A DNA stretch of 61,247 nt, counting the filler. It is 11 parts of 11 records of this genome, joined end to end, with 100 filler letters (N's around TTAATTAATTAA, not from the genome) between each part and the next. Parts side by side here need not be neighbours in the genome. Positions count along the whole stretch, not along the records: positions 16,899 to 21,785 come from SRR15195285_1932; positions 21,886 to 28,397 come from SRR15195285_1933; positions 28,498 to 34,659 come from SRR15195285_1936; 8 more parts are not named here. One strand, 5' to 3'. A model generated the notes under the pieces. It saw nothing but the letters and a program-made list of their open reading frames with translations, had not been told where the DNA came from and made no database searches. Below are positions 19,252 through 31,400 of this stretch, piece after piece. The position numbers and the translations under genes are program-made. Each line of letters opens with the position of its first letter. The stretch's first letter is position 1.

Positions 19252-21605
19252 TCAATGGCAGCCGGTACCTTTGCATCCGTACCATCGCCGTACTCGGAGG
19301 TCAAGTTCTCGCTGGACATGCGTGTAGTTATGCTCATGTGCCACGTTCGCCAACTCCCACGGGTCAGCCTCTAGGTCGAAGAGCTCGATTGTGTCCGGTC
19401 TATCGAAGCACTTCGCTGTCGTGACCTGCTCGCTGGTGCAGTGCGTTTGAAATACTGCATACTTCCATCGCCCAGGCAACTGTAGGTCCCCAAACACGTA
19501 AAGGGCGATGTAGGTATTGGATGGCCCACATATACAGCGCGTGGTGCCGTTGCCAATGCTGCCTGCAAGCCAGACGACAAATGCAGGCATCCTGTTAATA
19601 CCACACAGCGAAGGTGCGCAGGCACGAACCGATGCCTTTGCAACTTGCAATTGTTGTGATTTGGTAGGATCATTTTGACGCACCAGGTGGTTTGGGACAT
19701 ATCCCATGATGACATGGCGTGTAGGGTGGCTGTGATCTAGAGTTGTCAGAAGCTGTGCCGTTTCCGCAAATTGGGCACTGATCGCCACCGTTCGTTGGGG
19801 ACCAGCAGTTCCCCGCAGAGTAGTACTGGTGAAATGTCTCTGTACGAAACGCTTGGGCTGATGCCTGTGCTCCCTCAGGTGTCACATGCGAGAGTGATGG
19901 CAAGCCGTTGATGTGTCTTGCAAGGGCGAGGCGTGTCGACACCTTCAGGTCGGGATGCTCGGGGTTTGGTATCAGCACATGAGCAATACTGCGCCCGTCC
20001 ATTGTAGGCGGAGTGTCCAGTCCCGCAAGCGCTAGCCAGGTTGGTGCCAAGTCAACCTGCGTGCCAAGGACGTGCAGCTCCAGACCTCCTTTGGGGATCC
20101 CAGGACCTGCAACGACCATTGGAATGCGTAAGGAATGTTCGTACGGCATCATTTTGTTGCTGGTCATCCGATGTCCACCAAGATTGTATCCATGATCCGA
20201 GGTTATAAACAAGTAAGTTTCGCGGTCGGATGACTTTCCCAGCTCCGTGAGCTTTGTGTCGATTGCTGCGTACGCGTCGTCAACAGACATCAAGCACTGA
20301 CAGCGACTGCGCGCCAAGTCGTCCACGAGCTCAGCATCAACATCCTACATTGTCATCCAATGCAGCAGAATCTCGGGTGAAACCCAGTATAATCTGTACG
20401 CTCGCACAACAACAAACTTAGTGTAGCTCAGTCTGTGTGGAACCTACCGTTAGTGCAGGTTGCTGCGCGACAACGTCGTGAAACAAAGGAGTACTCCAAT
20501 TGTAGTTTGGTTGTCGCGGTGCCTTTGTCGATGAGCAAGCGTCCATGTACCAGTCCGGTGGAGTTGCGGGAGTGTGGGGGCAATGTGGGGCAAAGTACAC
20601 GAAAAACGGCCGGCCCGCGCTGGTCTCACCCGTGATGTTGTCGCGCGACAACCACTCGATCGTTCTGTTCGCCAGCAAAGAAGTGGCATATTCTGATGAG
20701 CTGGCGTGATATATGCCTTCTGGACTCTCATCGTCCCGCCAGCTGCTTCCGTAGCCCACGAAGGCGCCCTCAAACCACCGGTCAAACCCTTGGAACGTAT
20801 TGAAATTGCTTTTGCCGAAGAGGGCGACGTTGTAACCTCTTTGCTCGCGCAGATAAACACCGAACGAAGCATTGATGTAGTGAGATGAGTTGACGTGAGC
20901 AGTTGCCGCGCCATATGTTGTTCCAACCGGTGGTGGCAATGCCTTGTTGCTTTTTATGTTATGAAAGTACCGCCCGCTCACAAGCTCACTACGAGACGGT
21001 GAGCATATGGGCGTGTGAATTCGCCATTCGTCGAGCAGCACTCCACGGCTTTGAATCCGCTGTTGTGTTTGTTTCATGGGCTCCCAACCACCCAGGGTAA
21101 TGTCTTGGTCGTCAGTCAATGCAAAGACTATGTTTGGACAATCTCTGCACGGTGTGCCTTGCGGTGTTCGGTCTGGGTATGGTCGCTGTGCAGGCGGAGA
21201 AGGGGTAGGGGGACCATTCGCCCCCCCGATGCACCCAGACTCGATTTCTGGCATGCCCACACCCTTAAATGTGCGGCAATGGTACAGCCGAGGCTTTGGG
21301 CCAGGACGGTCAGCCGCAAGTGACGGAGCCTGATCATCCGTAGGGTTCCACACACTCCATGAGTCGCACGCTGGGTTGAGAGCACACTGAGCGCAGCAGT
21401 AATCGGCTGTCGTACTGCTGTTGTAGTACAGGTGTGACTTGGTGTCTGGATTGGGGTAGCAAGTACCGCGGACCCACGCCTTCTGGCCACATGCCAACGG
21501 CGGTGGCTCAGGCGATTGATCGGGCATCACACCCATGTCCCAGTCATTTTCAATTGGGAATGATGAAGTTGCTGTCGCACCGAAGGCGACGAGCAACGAC
21601 CGCAT
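19252..21605 (-). CDS. Secreted sulfatase (N-acetylglucosamine-6-sulfatase-like) with an N-terminal PAN/Apple-like module, 3 exons
   Basis: Signal-like start MRSLLVAFGATATS, then PNIVFALTDDQD, the formylglycine motif CSPSR, TSDHGY, VDLAPT, MDGRS and ELFDLEADPWELAN. In-phase introns at 20345-20447 and 19563-19683. Confidence 0.92.
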
Positions 21606-21885
21606 CGAAACTGCTGCGAACCGCGTGGGCAAGCCACAGCGACCTAAACCATCGTTTGCGGAGTGCTGCCGCGGTGGCGACAGCAGCATTATCGCTGTCG
21701 AGCGCACGCAGCTAGGACACGGCCGCACGCACTCATCACGCAGCCGCCGCGCGCCGGTCCGTCGCGCGAGAGGCGCCGGCGGCGCNNNNNNNNNNNNNNN
21801 NNNNNNNNNNNNNNNNNNNNNNNNNNNNNTTAATTAATTAANNNNNNNNNNNNNNNNNNNNNNNNNNNNNNNNNNNNNNNNNNNN

Positions 21886-24800
21886 CCTGTGAGTTGTTGC
21901 CCAGGCTGTGCATGACCAGTGCCTCGCCGCACCCTTTTGATTCACTTCAGAGACAATGTGGTTTGTTGTGCAGGTGGAAACATAACCATTTCTACAAGCG
22001 TCGTTATTTCGTGCTGACAGGCCGCACTGTCGAATATTGGGTCGATTCTGAAACCTACGAAAAAAATCCAGAAAAACCCAGAGGACAGCTTGACCTGACA
22101 CTCATGAAGGTTACTAAATCCTATTCTGAATCCACGAGGCACGGGACAAGGTTCGTGTTTCAGATCGGACCTACTGACGCTCACTCCAGACCAGGGGAGA
22201 CCTCAGATGCAGCAGGCTCGCAGGTGAAGGGCCGCAGTTATACTTTCGCGCATGACACTGTACATGGAAAAGCAAATTGGATCCATGCAATGTTTCCGGG
22301 GACAGATGTTGACCCTCGCTACATGGATGCTTGCACTGCATTCAAGTTCGCGATAGAACTCACAAACGGTGTTCCAAAGGCACAGAAAAAGCAATTTCTG
22401 GATCGTACGAGAGCTTATGAGCAGGCAAGGAGAGACGCATCCTTCCACCGTGACTATGTCTACGTGTGTGAGCTGTTTGCTGATCCGTACTTGCACTACT
22501 GTGTGGCTCCACAGTGTGAGAGCTGGTTCGCGCTGTTTAGCACATTTGACATGCGCAGACAAGGTCGGGTACGACTGAGTCAACTCAGACAGGGCCTGGA
22601 AACCTGCTGCACGCCAGATATAGGACTGATGGCAAATTCTGCGATGGTTTTCCGCGTCATGCTCAGCGTCCAGTTTGAGGCCTACGTGGAAATCCTAGGT
22701 AATAGCGTAGTTTCGATGTCAGAGCGATTCAAACGTTTGCTCGCTGACTACCCAACGGCTGTAAAATTCTGCAAGGGTGGCAACATCGATGCGATCAGTG
22801 GCGTGCCCAGTCTTTCACCTTTCGATATGCTTGCCGTGAGGCAGATGTTGCTGGAGAAGCACATGCAGGAGATACGAAACTCGGTCTCTAGTACACGCAA
22901 TGCATTGACTCTGGAGACACATCTGTACAAGATGAGGCACGTTGCACAAGAGCTTGTCTCTCGGATTGGCAGGAAGTTGAACTCAGAAGTCTTGAAGGGC
23001 ACCCCGATACGCCCAGGTTTGAAGGCCTATGTTCAAGGTCTAAGAAAGCATATCATCCTGCCGAGTGGGGGCATTCTTGAAGATATGGCAAGAGTCATTG
23101 ATGAGTTCAATGCAGAGTGCTTGAGGAGTCGATTCCGTGCGGGCGAGTCACTCGAGCCATTTGGGACAAGAGACCGACTGCGCGAGTGGTTGAGAAAGGA
23201 ACACGAGGTACTCGTCCGATTGATTCAGAAGTTTCAGTTGCGACGGTGGCAGAAGCTGGTTGCACGCATAGGCAAATTCGAGCAGAAAGTATCTGGTCGG
23301 CTCGGATCACAGGGGTTCGGACAGGGATTGCGCAGTTTCACCGAGTCACGCCGCAAGAAGCGAACACACTTTCGAAGAAGGTCTGGGGACAATATGCCAG
23401 GGCTGTCCAAGCTACAAGCGCGCGCAAGAGGCGCAAACTTGCGCAGGAAGCTACGGCGTGGTGAGTTGCTACACACAACGTCAGCACAGGGTGGCTCAAG
23501 CTGGTACAAACGAATTGTTTTCGGCTTGGATGACAGTGGGTCGATGACCAGGCAGAGCTGGACCAATGTGCTATGCCGGTACATGCATGTGATGAGCGTG
23601 ACCCGAAGTAAAGTGCGAACAGAAGCTAAGGAGTTCTACAAAAACGAGCGAATGGCAAGACAGGACAGACACAAGGGCATACGAGCAGATTCTCAGCAGA
23701 CAGATGCTAAGGTGGCACTCCGAGACTCGCTGGTCGTGGACGCGGATGGCTCTGCTGGCTTTCCAAACAGTCTGATCACCTTCCACTCCTTGACTGAGGG
23801 CAGATTCTTCTCGGATAAATTGGGTCGTCTACGTGAGAAGCTTGGCTCCTGGAACGAGCTAATGAGTACGTCATAGATGCAGTTTTTGTCCGCAGTTGTC
23901 CCATTGTGCCGAGGACGATTCTTGATTGGCTTTTACGGAACATTTCACTAGAGTGTCGCGCCAGCTCTTTTCTGTTTGTGTTCCTCCCTATTGAATACAC
24001 TCCGGCGCGTGTATATTCTTGATATGCTGTTGCGTGTGCGCGTAGTGCTGCTTGACCGAAATGAGAGCAGCTCTCTGAACCCACTGGAGCTTCGGGCCAG
24101 CATGATGGCCTGCTCTTCCACTGGTCTCATCACTGAGTTGACTGAACTGCAGCCATTAGACCAAGCGTACAAAAGATGGCAAACTGTAGCCACTGAGTCG
24201 CAGTCCAAAGACATTCGATTGTCCAAACGATACGGCCTGAGAGAGCAGGTCTGGCCGAACTACCCGATCCGCATCGCGGATGGCACTGCTGTTTTGCTTG
24301 GGCAGGAGGGTGTGGGAATCCTCTATCCATCTGCATGGGCTATCCGGTTTGAGTTCCAGTACGATCCACGGAAGCACACATCCAACACCGATATTTTCAA
24401 TGTGCTTGTCTCATCGTATCGTCAAAATGCCATCTTTGCAAAGCTAGTCCAGGATGACAAGGGCAAGGGCGCACAGATTCAGTTTTTTTTCGCACACCGC
24501 TGGTGCTTTGACAACCCTGCTGCGTGCGTGAGGAGACTGCGCAAGATTACCCACCCAGAGACGTTTGGCGTTGATGATGCAGACATGCGCCTCAGCGACC
24601 CGATTCCAATGCAACCAGATCACTGGTACAGCGTTTTGATTCAGGGAGAGCGCACCTCCGGCGGTGACGATGACGGCAAAAGTGCGCATAGTACTCGCAT
24701 TACGCTGCGCATTGATCCATACGATGACGTGCAAGAGAGCATTGATGTACACCCCGAAGGCTTCCTGACGCCGTGGGCAGTGTTTACCACTTCTCGCCTG

Positions 24801-27800
24801 GTCGATTTCAAAGACATCTACTCGTTTGGCAACATTTTTGATAATAAGTGTTCAGATGCATATGATGGTATTGAGTGGACTGTCGGTTCCTTGCGCAACT
24901 TCGAGATATTTGGAATCGATAAGCGTTGGCTGTCAGGAACGGTCGGAAACCTCCGTCCTATGATTCACGACTCGGTCCCTCCCGACCAAACACCCGGGGA
25001 TGGATTCGAGTGCGTTGAATCAGAAGCGCAGCTTCCTCCGTTCTACAGACGTTCTCACGCAGGCCCCGGCTGCGACCTATTGCATCGGCTGGCGAAGCTG
25101 TCCGATCACGAAAGTGGTGAACCCAAAATCCGTGACACGACGGGTTCGAGTGGTGAACAGACGGTCGTACATGCACGATACAAGCTTATGGCAACGTACA
25201 AGGATATCAAACGTGTCACAGACTCCATAAATTCTATTCCAGACGGGAGCTCAGGGAAATCTGAAGGCAACAAGTCAGTACATCAAGGCAACGTTGTGGG
25301 CAGGGTAAGGCTCGAAAACGTATGGAACAAAGACTATTCCCCTGGTTACCCATATAGCAATGAAGTCGTGGACCGGCAGGCGCTCGCGTTTGTCAGATCG
25401 AAGGCTGCTCGAACGCGTAACATCATTCGCGCTATGCTAAACGAAGTACCCGTGGAGTTAACTGGTGGCGAGAAGAAGCGTTACTTCGAGGTGGATAATG
25501 GCGTTGATCACGGAGGTGAATTCCCAATGACAGCTGAAGAGTGCTTTGTCATGCGAGGCAACGCATCGGCAAACGATCCAGGGCTGAAAACCCTGTTTTC
25601 AGGCAAGCAGATGCAAAGTGCCATCCGTCGAATGCAGCGAAGGGTCAGAATCAGAAACGGTGTGTTCGTGTCAGTGTTCGAGTTCTTCATGTTCCCACTG
25701 TCCGGAGCTGTTAGATCACTGTTCCTGTCCCGTTGGACTCGCTCGCGACAAAAACCCGCATTAGAGATCGTGTTGTGTAAAATGCGGGAGAAACATGGCG
25801 TATCTCCCAGAATGTTTGTGGTACTGTTTGTCTGTGGCGCATGGGGCCTCCTGACTCACATGGTAATGAGTTCTATGCAGCTTGTAATGGCTGGAACTGG
25901 GTTCAAGCAGTTGCATCCTCTGGAGCCCACACTTGCGTTTCTATACTACTTGTGGGCTGCAGTTGTATTAGCGCTGCAGCACGCAGCTGGTCTGACAGGT
26001 TTAGCGGGTGACGACCCCTTTGAAGTCGCTTATAGGAAAGCAGAGCTTTCTTTAATGACAGTCACTCTAACTAGGATCAAGGATGGACAACGGGTCAAGT
26101 GCTCTGCAGCAGGTCTGCTCAATATGGTATGTCGGCTGCCGGACAAGCACGATGCCGACGAAGAGGAGGAAGAAGAGGAGGAAGAAGAGGAGGAAGATGA
26201 TGGTGAAGAGGATCCGTTTTCAATCGGGAAACAAACTCTCCGCAAGCTGTGGCAGCAAAGGTATCTGCAGGACCCTGGCATGTGTGGACGGACGTTTCCA
26301 CTGTGGAGAGTGGTTCGCATTGCGCTTAACCCTGGGCAACCCCTAAGGAAGAGAAGCGATTTGACACGCAAGATGCCGTGGATTGACGAAGATCTGACAC
26401 CAGAGCAAGCCGTGAACGAATATACGGTGTTGGATCACGGTATCAAGACCGAGAACGACTGGATGCAGGAGACCGAAGTAGTGGAGCGTGGAATGCACAC
26501 TCGAGTCGACACAGGTCGACCGACTTGGTTTGCAGAATTGATGATGATCTTGATAGCAGTCCTGACTGCATCACTGGCAAATATCCACCGATGGGCGACG
26601 GCGTTAGCCCTTGGCGAAGCCGATACAGGTCCACAGGATGAGCTCTCCTTGCGGGTGGCAGTGGCACTACTCATTGGCTCCTGTTCCTGGTTGGTGTTCC
26701 GTACAGTGTTCTGTGTCGCATTCGAGTGGTACTCAGTGTTGACATTTTTTAAACAACTCTCTAGTGTACTCTCCATTGACTCAGCAGTGATTGACAAATT
26801 GCCCTGCTACATCGATCTTCGCAGACCAGGAAACGTGAGCTCCTGATTGAAGCACGCTTTCCATCGTCTGTTTGTTGAGTTGTTTGTGTACTCACACTTG
26901 TGTACACTGTTGTGGCACTCAGCTCGAGGCCTGGTTTTCGGCCCGCGCGTACTTGGACCTGTACTGCGATACGCACATTCTGGGCCTCAAGAATCAGGCA
27001 ATTGTATTCAGCGCGCTCCTCGTCAGCGTGGCTGTTGCGGTGAACGCAATATCCTCCTCGTTTGCTGACGCGTCAGCTGTAGACTGGAGCAATCCGTCGA
27101 CGCTCTTTGCGCTTCTGAACATGGGTGTACTTGGGATGCTGCTGTTCCTGTGCCTAGTCGCCCTCGAGAAAATCAACCTTGAGAACGTACAGCTACTGAA
27201 GCGTCTTGATAAGGTTGGGCTTGAAGTGAGCAGGGTCTCGAATGTGGAGGTCAGCACGGCCGAGCGAGTCGAGCTCGACCACCAAGTGAATCAGGAAAAA
27301 CAGCGGGAAAAGACGCGGGAAAAAACGGCGATTCAGGAAAACCAGCACCTGACCGCAAGCGCTTCCAGTCCCCGGGCCGGTGATGCCTCACCCACCCGTG
27401 GGGATGGGACAAACACCGATGCGAATGCGATGCTACGACAGGCTCTCAGCAACCTGGAGAATGTGACTGAAGGAGTTGCAGCTGTGGATTCGATGGTTAT
27501 GGATGTGCAAAAGGTTGTAGAGAACATCATTGCTCTTAACGAAGTTGGCCTGGAGGCAGCGTACCTTCAGAACATCTTGGCTGAGCTGCGCGATCAGGCA
27601 AACGTCAAAAAGATCCTGGGTGTCGTTGTCGATCGGAGTGTTCTCTCAAGGTTGTTCGGCGGTGTGGTGGCAGTTATGTATCTTATTGCCAAAGAAACCG
27701 CTGATCAACTGCTCAGAAAGTACTCGTTTGCAGGGGCAATGCTCGGCGGGCCTGTGGAGGAAGCCGATGAGTATCGTGCGCTCGACCAGTACTGCGCTAC

Positions 27801-27894
27801 GCTAAACCAGGTCCAAGAGTCGGCGTTGGTCACGCTCAGGCTAGCCAACACAACCTGTGCGTACAACATCAGCGTGAATGGGCTTGACGTTTAG
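21886..27894 (+). CDS. Large membrane protein: PH domain, degenerate EF-hands, LamG-like domain and PHTF-like multi-pass membrane domain (5' partial, at least 3 exons)
   Basis: Three long ORFs join in phase through introns 23866-24045 (GTACGT..GTAG) and 26835-26922 (GTGAGC..TCAG). PH motifs are YKRRYFVLTG, PRGQLDL and KANWIHAM. About 7 hydrophobic segments lie in 25660-27700. Confidence 0.8.
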
Positions 27895-28089
27895 CTAATG
27901 ACTTTGAGCTCATTGGTTTGTACATCTCACGTGATGCACCAGTCCTGTGCCGCTTTATACTCGCTCGAATCGCCTGGCCACAAGCACTTGCTGTGTGGTC
28001 TGCCCCTCTTTGTGAATAGCGCCGCTTGGATCCGACGTGCCAGTGAGCTAGTTTCATCAACCGAAATCGTTTGTGTCTACCGTACGTTT

Positions 28090-28197
28090 TTAAAGCAAAT
28101 GAACGCCTTTGTCATTGACATTAGAACGGATAACCCAAACGTTTTTCGAAAAGCAAATTAATGAATGTCATTGCCATTGTCATTAGAACGGATAACC
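28090..28197. repeat. Imperfect AT-rich tandem duplication (about 60-bp unit)
   Basis: AAGCAAAT...TGTCATTG...CATTAGAACGGATAACC occurs twice. Confidence 0.75.
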
Positions 28198-28497
28198 GGG
28201 CACCGCGCGTGCATGCGTATGTAGCGTACCTGCATGACGCTATACATCATACTCCAACACGGGCTGGGGTGCCGCACATGGTGAGCGGCAGAAGCGTGAC
28301 TCGTGGGATGAGGCCATCCGACGGCGACGAGAATTGTCTGCGGGTGATGTAGACTTCCTGCCGTTTTGTATTGAGGCCGGAGGGGTATGGGGGCCAGNNN
28401 NNNNNNNNNNNNNNNNNNNNNNNNNNNNNNNNNNNNNNNNNTTAATTAATTAANNNNNNNNNNNNNNNNNNNNNNNNNNNNNNNNNNNNNNNNNNNN

Positions 28498-31400
28498 CGA
28501 GCTGGCCAACTGTCGATGCTCTGATCCCTTGACTGTGCAGAATTGAGTGCGCAGAATCGATGTCGGTGAAGTGGTAACCCAAAGCTTGTGACTTGGGCAG
28601 CCGGTTGCTCAGCTCGAACAGGGCCGCCTTCATTTGATCGGGTTCCAGATGAGTCACGAGTTCCTTCAGCCGCCACAGGCGCAAGCCCGGAGGCTCCAGC
28701 TCACCGCGAAGGTTCTCGAAGTGATTGAACAGTTTCACAGTGTCGCCACCTATCGCCAGCCCAAGCCGGAACCGATTGAACGCTGCATCGACGCCCGTGG
28801 TCGACTGTGCTTTTAGCGCAAATCGCACCTTCGAGACAACCGTCGCGACAAGTGCACCCGGCACCAGCACAATGAAGGTCGCCGACAACACCCAGTCGTA
28901 AGATGTGTCTTCATAACCAATCGGCTCTGTCCGCATCATCAGCGCCGCAACCAGAACCAAGAACACGTGACACTCAGTCGATGCCCGGAACATGTTGTCT
29001 TGGTTGAGCTTGAAAGGTGACAAACTCAGCTGCAGGCTGAAGAAAAAGAAGCTGAGCACAATTGCGATGGCAAGCTGGACAGCCGTTCCGCGCCCGACCA
29101 GCACAACAACACCAACGAGCATAAGCTTGCGCGTCATATCTAGCGCCTCCCAGTACAAGAACCTCGGGCGGTACGCATCTGTGATGAATGAAAAGCTTGC
29201 CAACATGCCGATATCACGGATGATGTACCTGGCTGTGTCAAGGTCAACTTCGAAGTCGTGGGCCACGCGATCGGCCACAAGCTGTTCCACAGAGTCTAAT
29301 TGGGCCGAGAAGTTCTGGTAGTCTCGCGCCTTTTTTACAAGGATACACGCGAACAGCATCGGTAGACCGAAGCAGAACACGATCATCACCACAGACGAAG
29401 CAACCTGGAGCGCCTGGTGCTCCGATGTCTCACATCGAACGCGGTCGTCTGACATGAGCACCTCACTGTCAGATGTGGAGCCCAGCGGCCGACAATTGAA
29501 CGTGGCAAAGACCACGTTGCAGATGGGTGGATAAACGAAGAAGACGGCCATGAACACGTTGCTCTGAAAGCGTGTGACTGCTGTCTCTTTGTCTTCACGT
29601 GACGAGGCAATTCCCCGCTCGATCATGAAGAGCACGAAGATGAGCCCGATTAGGATACCAGGCAGCACAACGATCCTGACGATCCACATGCTCGCGAAGT
29701 CATCCAGTCCCTCACACTCAGCGTTGAACAGGTGGTCCCAGAAGTTCACCTGTAGTTCCATCATTGTCAAAATTAGTGAGAATGAATTGGTGAGAATTTG
29801 CGAGTGAGAGGGGTCCCCTCAAAAGTGCACTCACCGACTTGAGCAGCTGTACGATCTCCTCGAACACATCTGGAAACTTGATCCGCAGCACTGGCCCGAC
29901 TTGCGACGTGACTTGCATGTACGACACGAGAATGCGGAAAGGCTGAAAGGCAGACCGCATTCCCACTCGCACTTGGTCGATGTTCCCTGGACAAAAATAT
30001 GCAGCAATGCTTCCTTGAACGCGTTCAACTTCATCGCCGTCAATTTCGCCAGACTTTACTCTCTTCCTCTCCACGTACGCGTTGCGACATGCGTGGCAAA
30101 GTATAAAGCATGGAAGACCGCCCACCACCATCATCACAATCCAAAACATCGGACTCGAGGCCCGGCTCGCAAAACACTCCTCGCATCGGTTGTCCACGTG
30201 ATGGAAGTCGGCAATGCAGGCGAGGCACAGAGCTCCAACATACCCGTCGCCACACAGATGTGGCACAAGAGGATCGTCTTGAAAGTCCAACGCAGGACAC
30301 CTCTCTGCTGTGACATTTCGGGTGATCCGTGAGTCGCCGCACCGAAACGCAAAGCGTAAAAGCTGACCCGACGGGAGCAACTCGTTGCGCTCACGGAACC
30401 CAGGGATCACAGCTGGCAGCGCTCCAGCTACACACACAGCACATGGAGCGCCCAGCCGAGTTTTCGGGCAAACTCGGCACACCTCAGACCCAGGCAAGGT
30501 TGCGAGCTCATTCAGCGACGCGACCACTTCTTCATCATATTCGTCGTCGAGGCACACGAGCTGATCCACAGACGAGCTGTAGTACTCGTCAGCGCACTGG
30601 CAGGCGTCTCCGCGCGGTGTTGGAGATTGCCGCGCAGGGCAGTCTTCGCAGGTGGTACGATCGCCGGTGAACTGTGGCCACAGGCACTTCCTGCAGACTG
30701 CTTCGCCTTCGGAACGGGTCATGCCAGGTGGACAAACATATGTGATCTGCAGATACTGCACAGGAAAGCGCCCACTGCTAATTAAGCTGCTGCTGGGATC
30801 ACGTAGGCGCGCAGCCAAATTTGCCATGTTCCATGGGGCGTCGTCGGAGACGATGCATATCAGCACGAAAAAGGCTGCTGCACCCTGCAGCCTGCGAGTC
30901 GCGGCTTCTGGGAGCTCAACAGAAATTTCAGCCTGGTGAATTTGCAGCGAGGCTGCTATGAGTGCCACAACATTGTCTATAAGCTCATTTTGTTGGGTTT
31001 CAGTGTCGAACCCCTCAGTCGTGAGCTCAAGCTGCGCCTGTGGCCGAACTGTGTCTACACTCGTGCGGTTGGAAACGCGAGGAAGTACGCAGCTATCCTG
31101 GTTACGCTCGAATCCATACGGGCAAGGCCCACAGCGGTATCCTCCAGGCTCATTTTTGCACGGGCTACGGCAGTTTACTTCAGCACCGTCTAAGTAGTCG
31201 CAGGACCCGATTTTCACTGCAAGCATATCACAGCCGCCGTGATCGATTGCGCACTCATCGATGTCAACCAAACCAGTATGGTCACTTGAGTTCGTGTAGC
31301 CAGTTGGGGTTGCCAGACATACTCCAAATGTCGAGTACTCTCCCGCATGGCACTCTTCACAGCCACTGCGCATTTCATTTGGCCCAGAGCCCGCGAGACA

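Noticed and set aside
28090-28197. Repeat-spacer-like pattern suggesting CRISPR
   Set aside because: There are only two degenerate copies, the context is eukaryotic and no cas genes are present.
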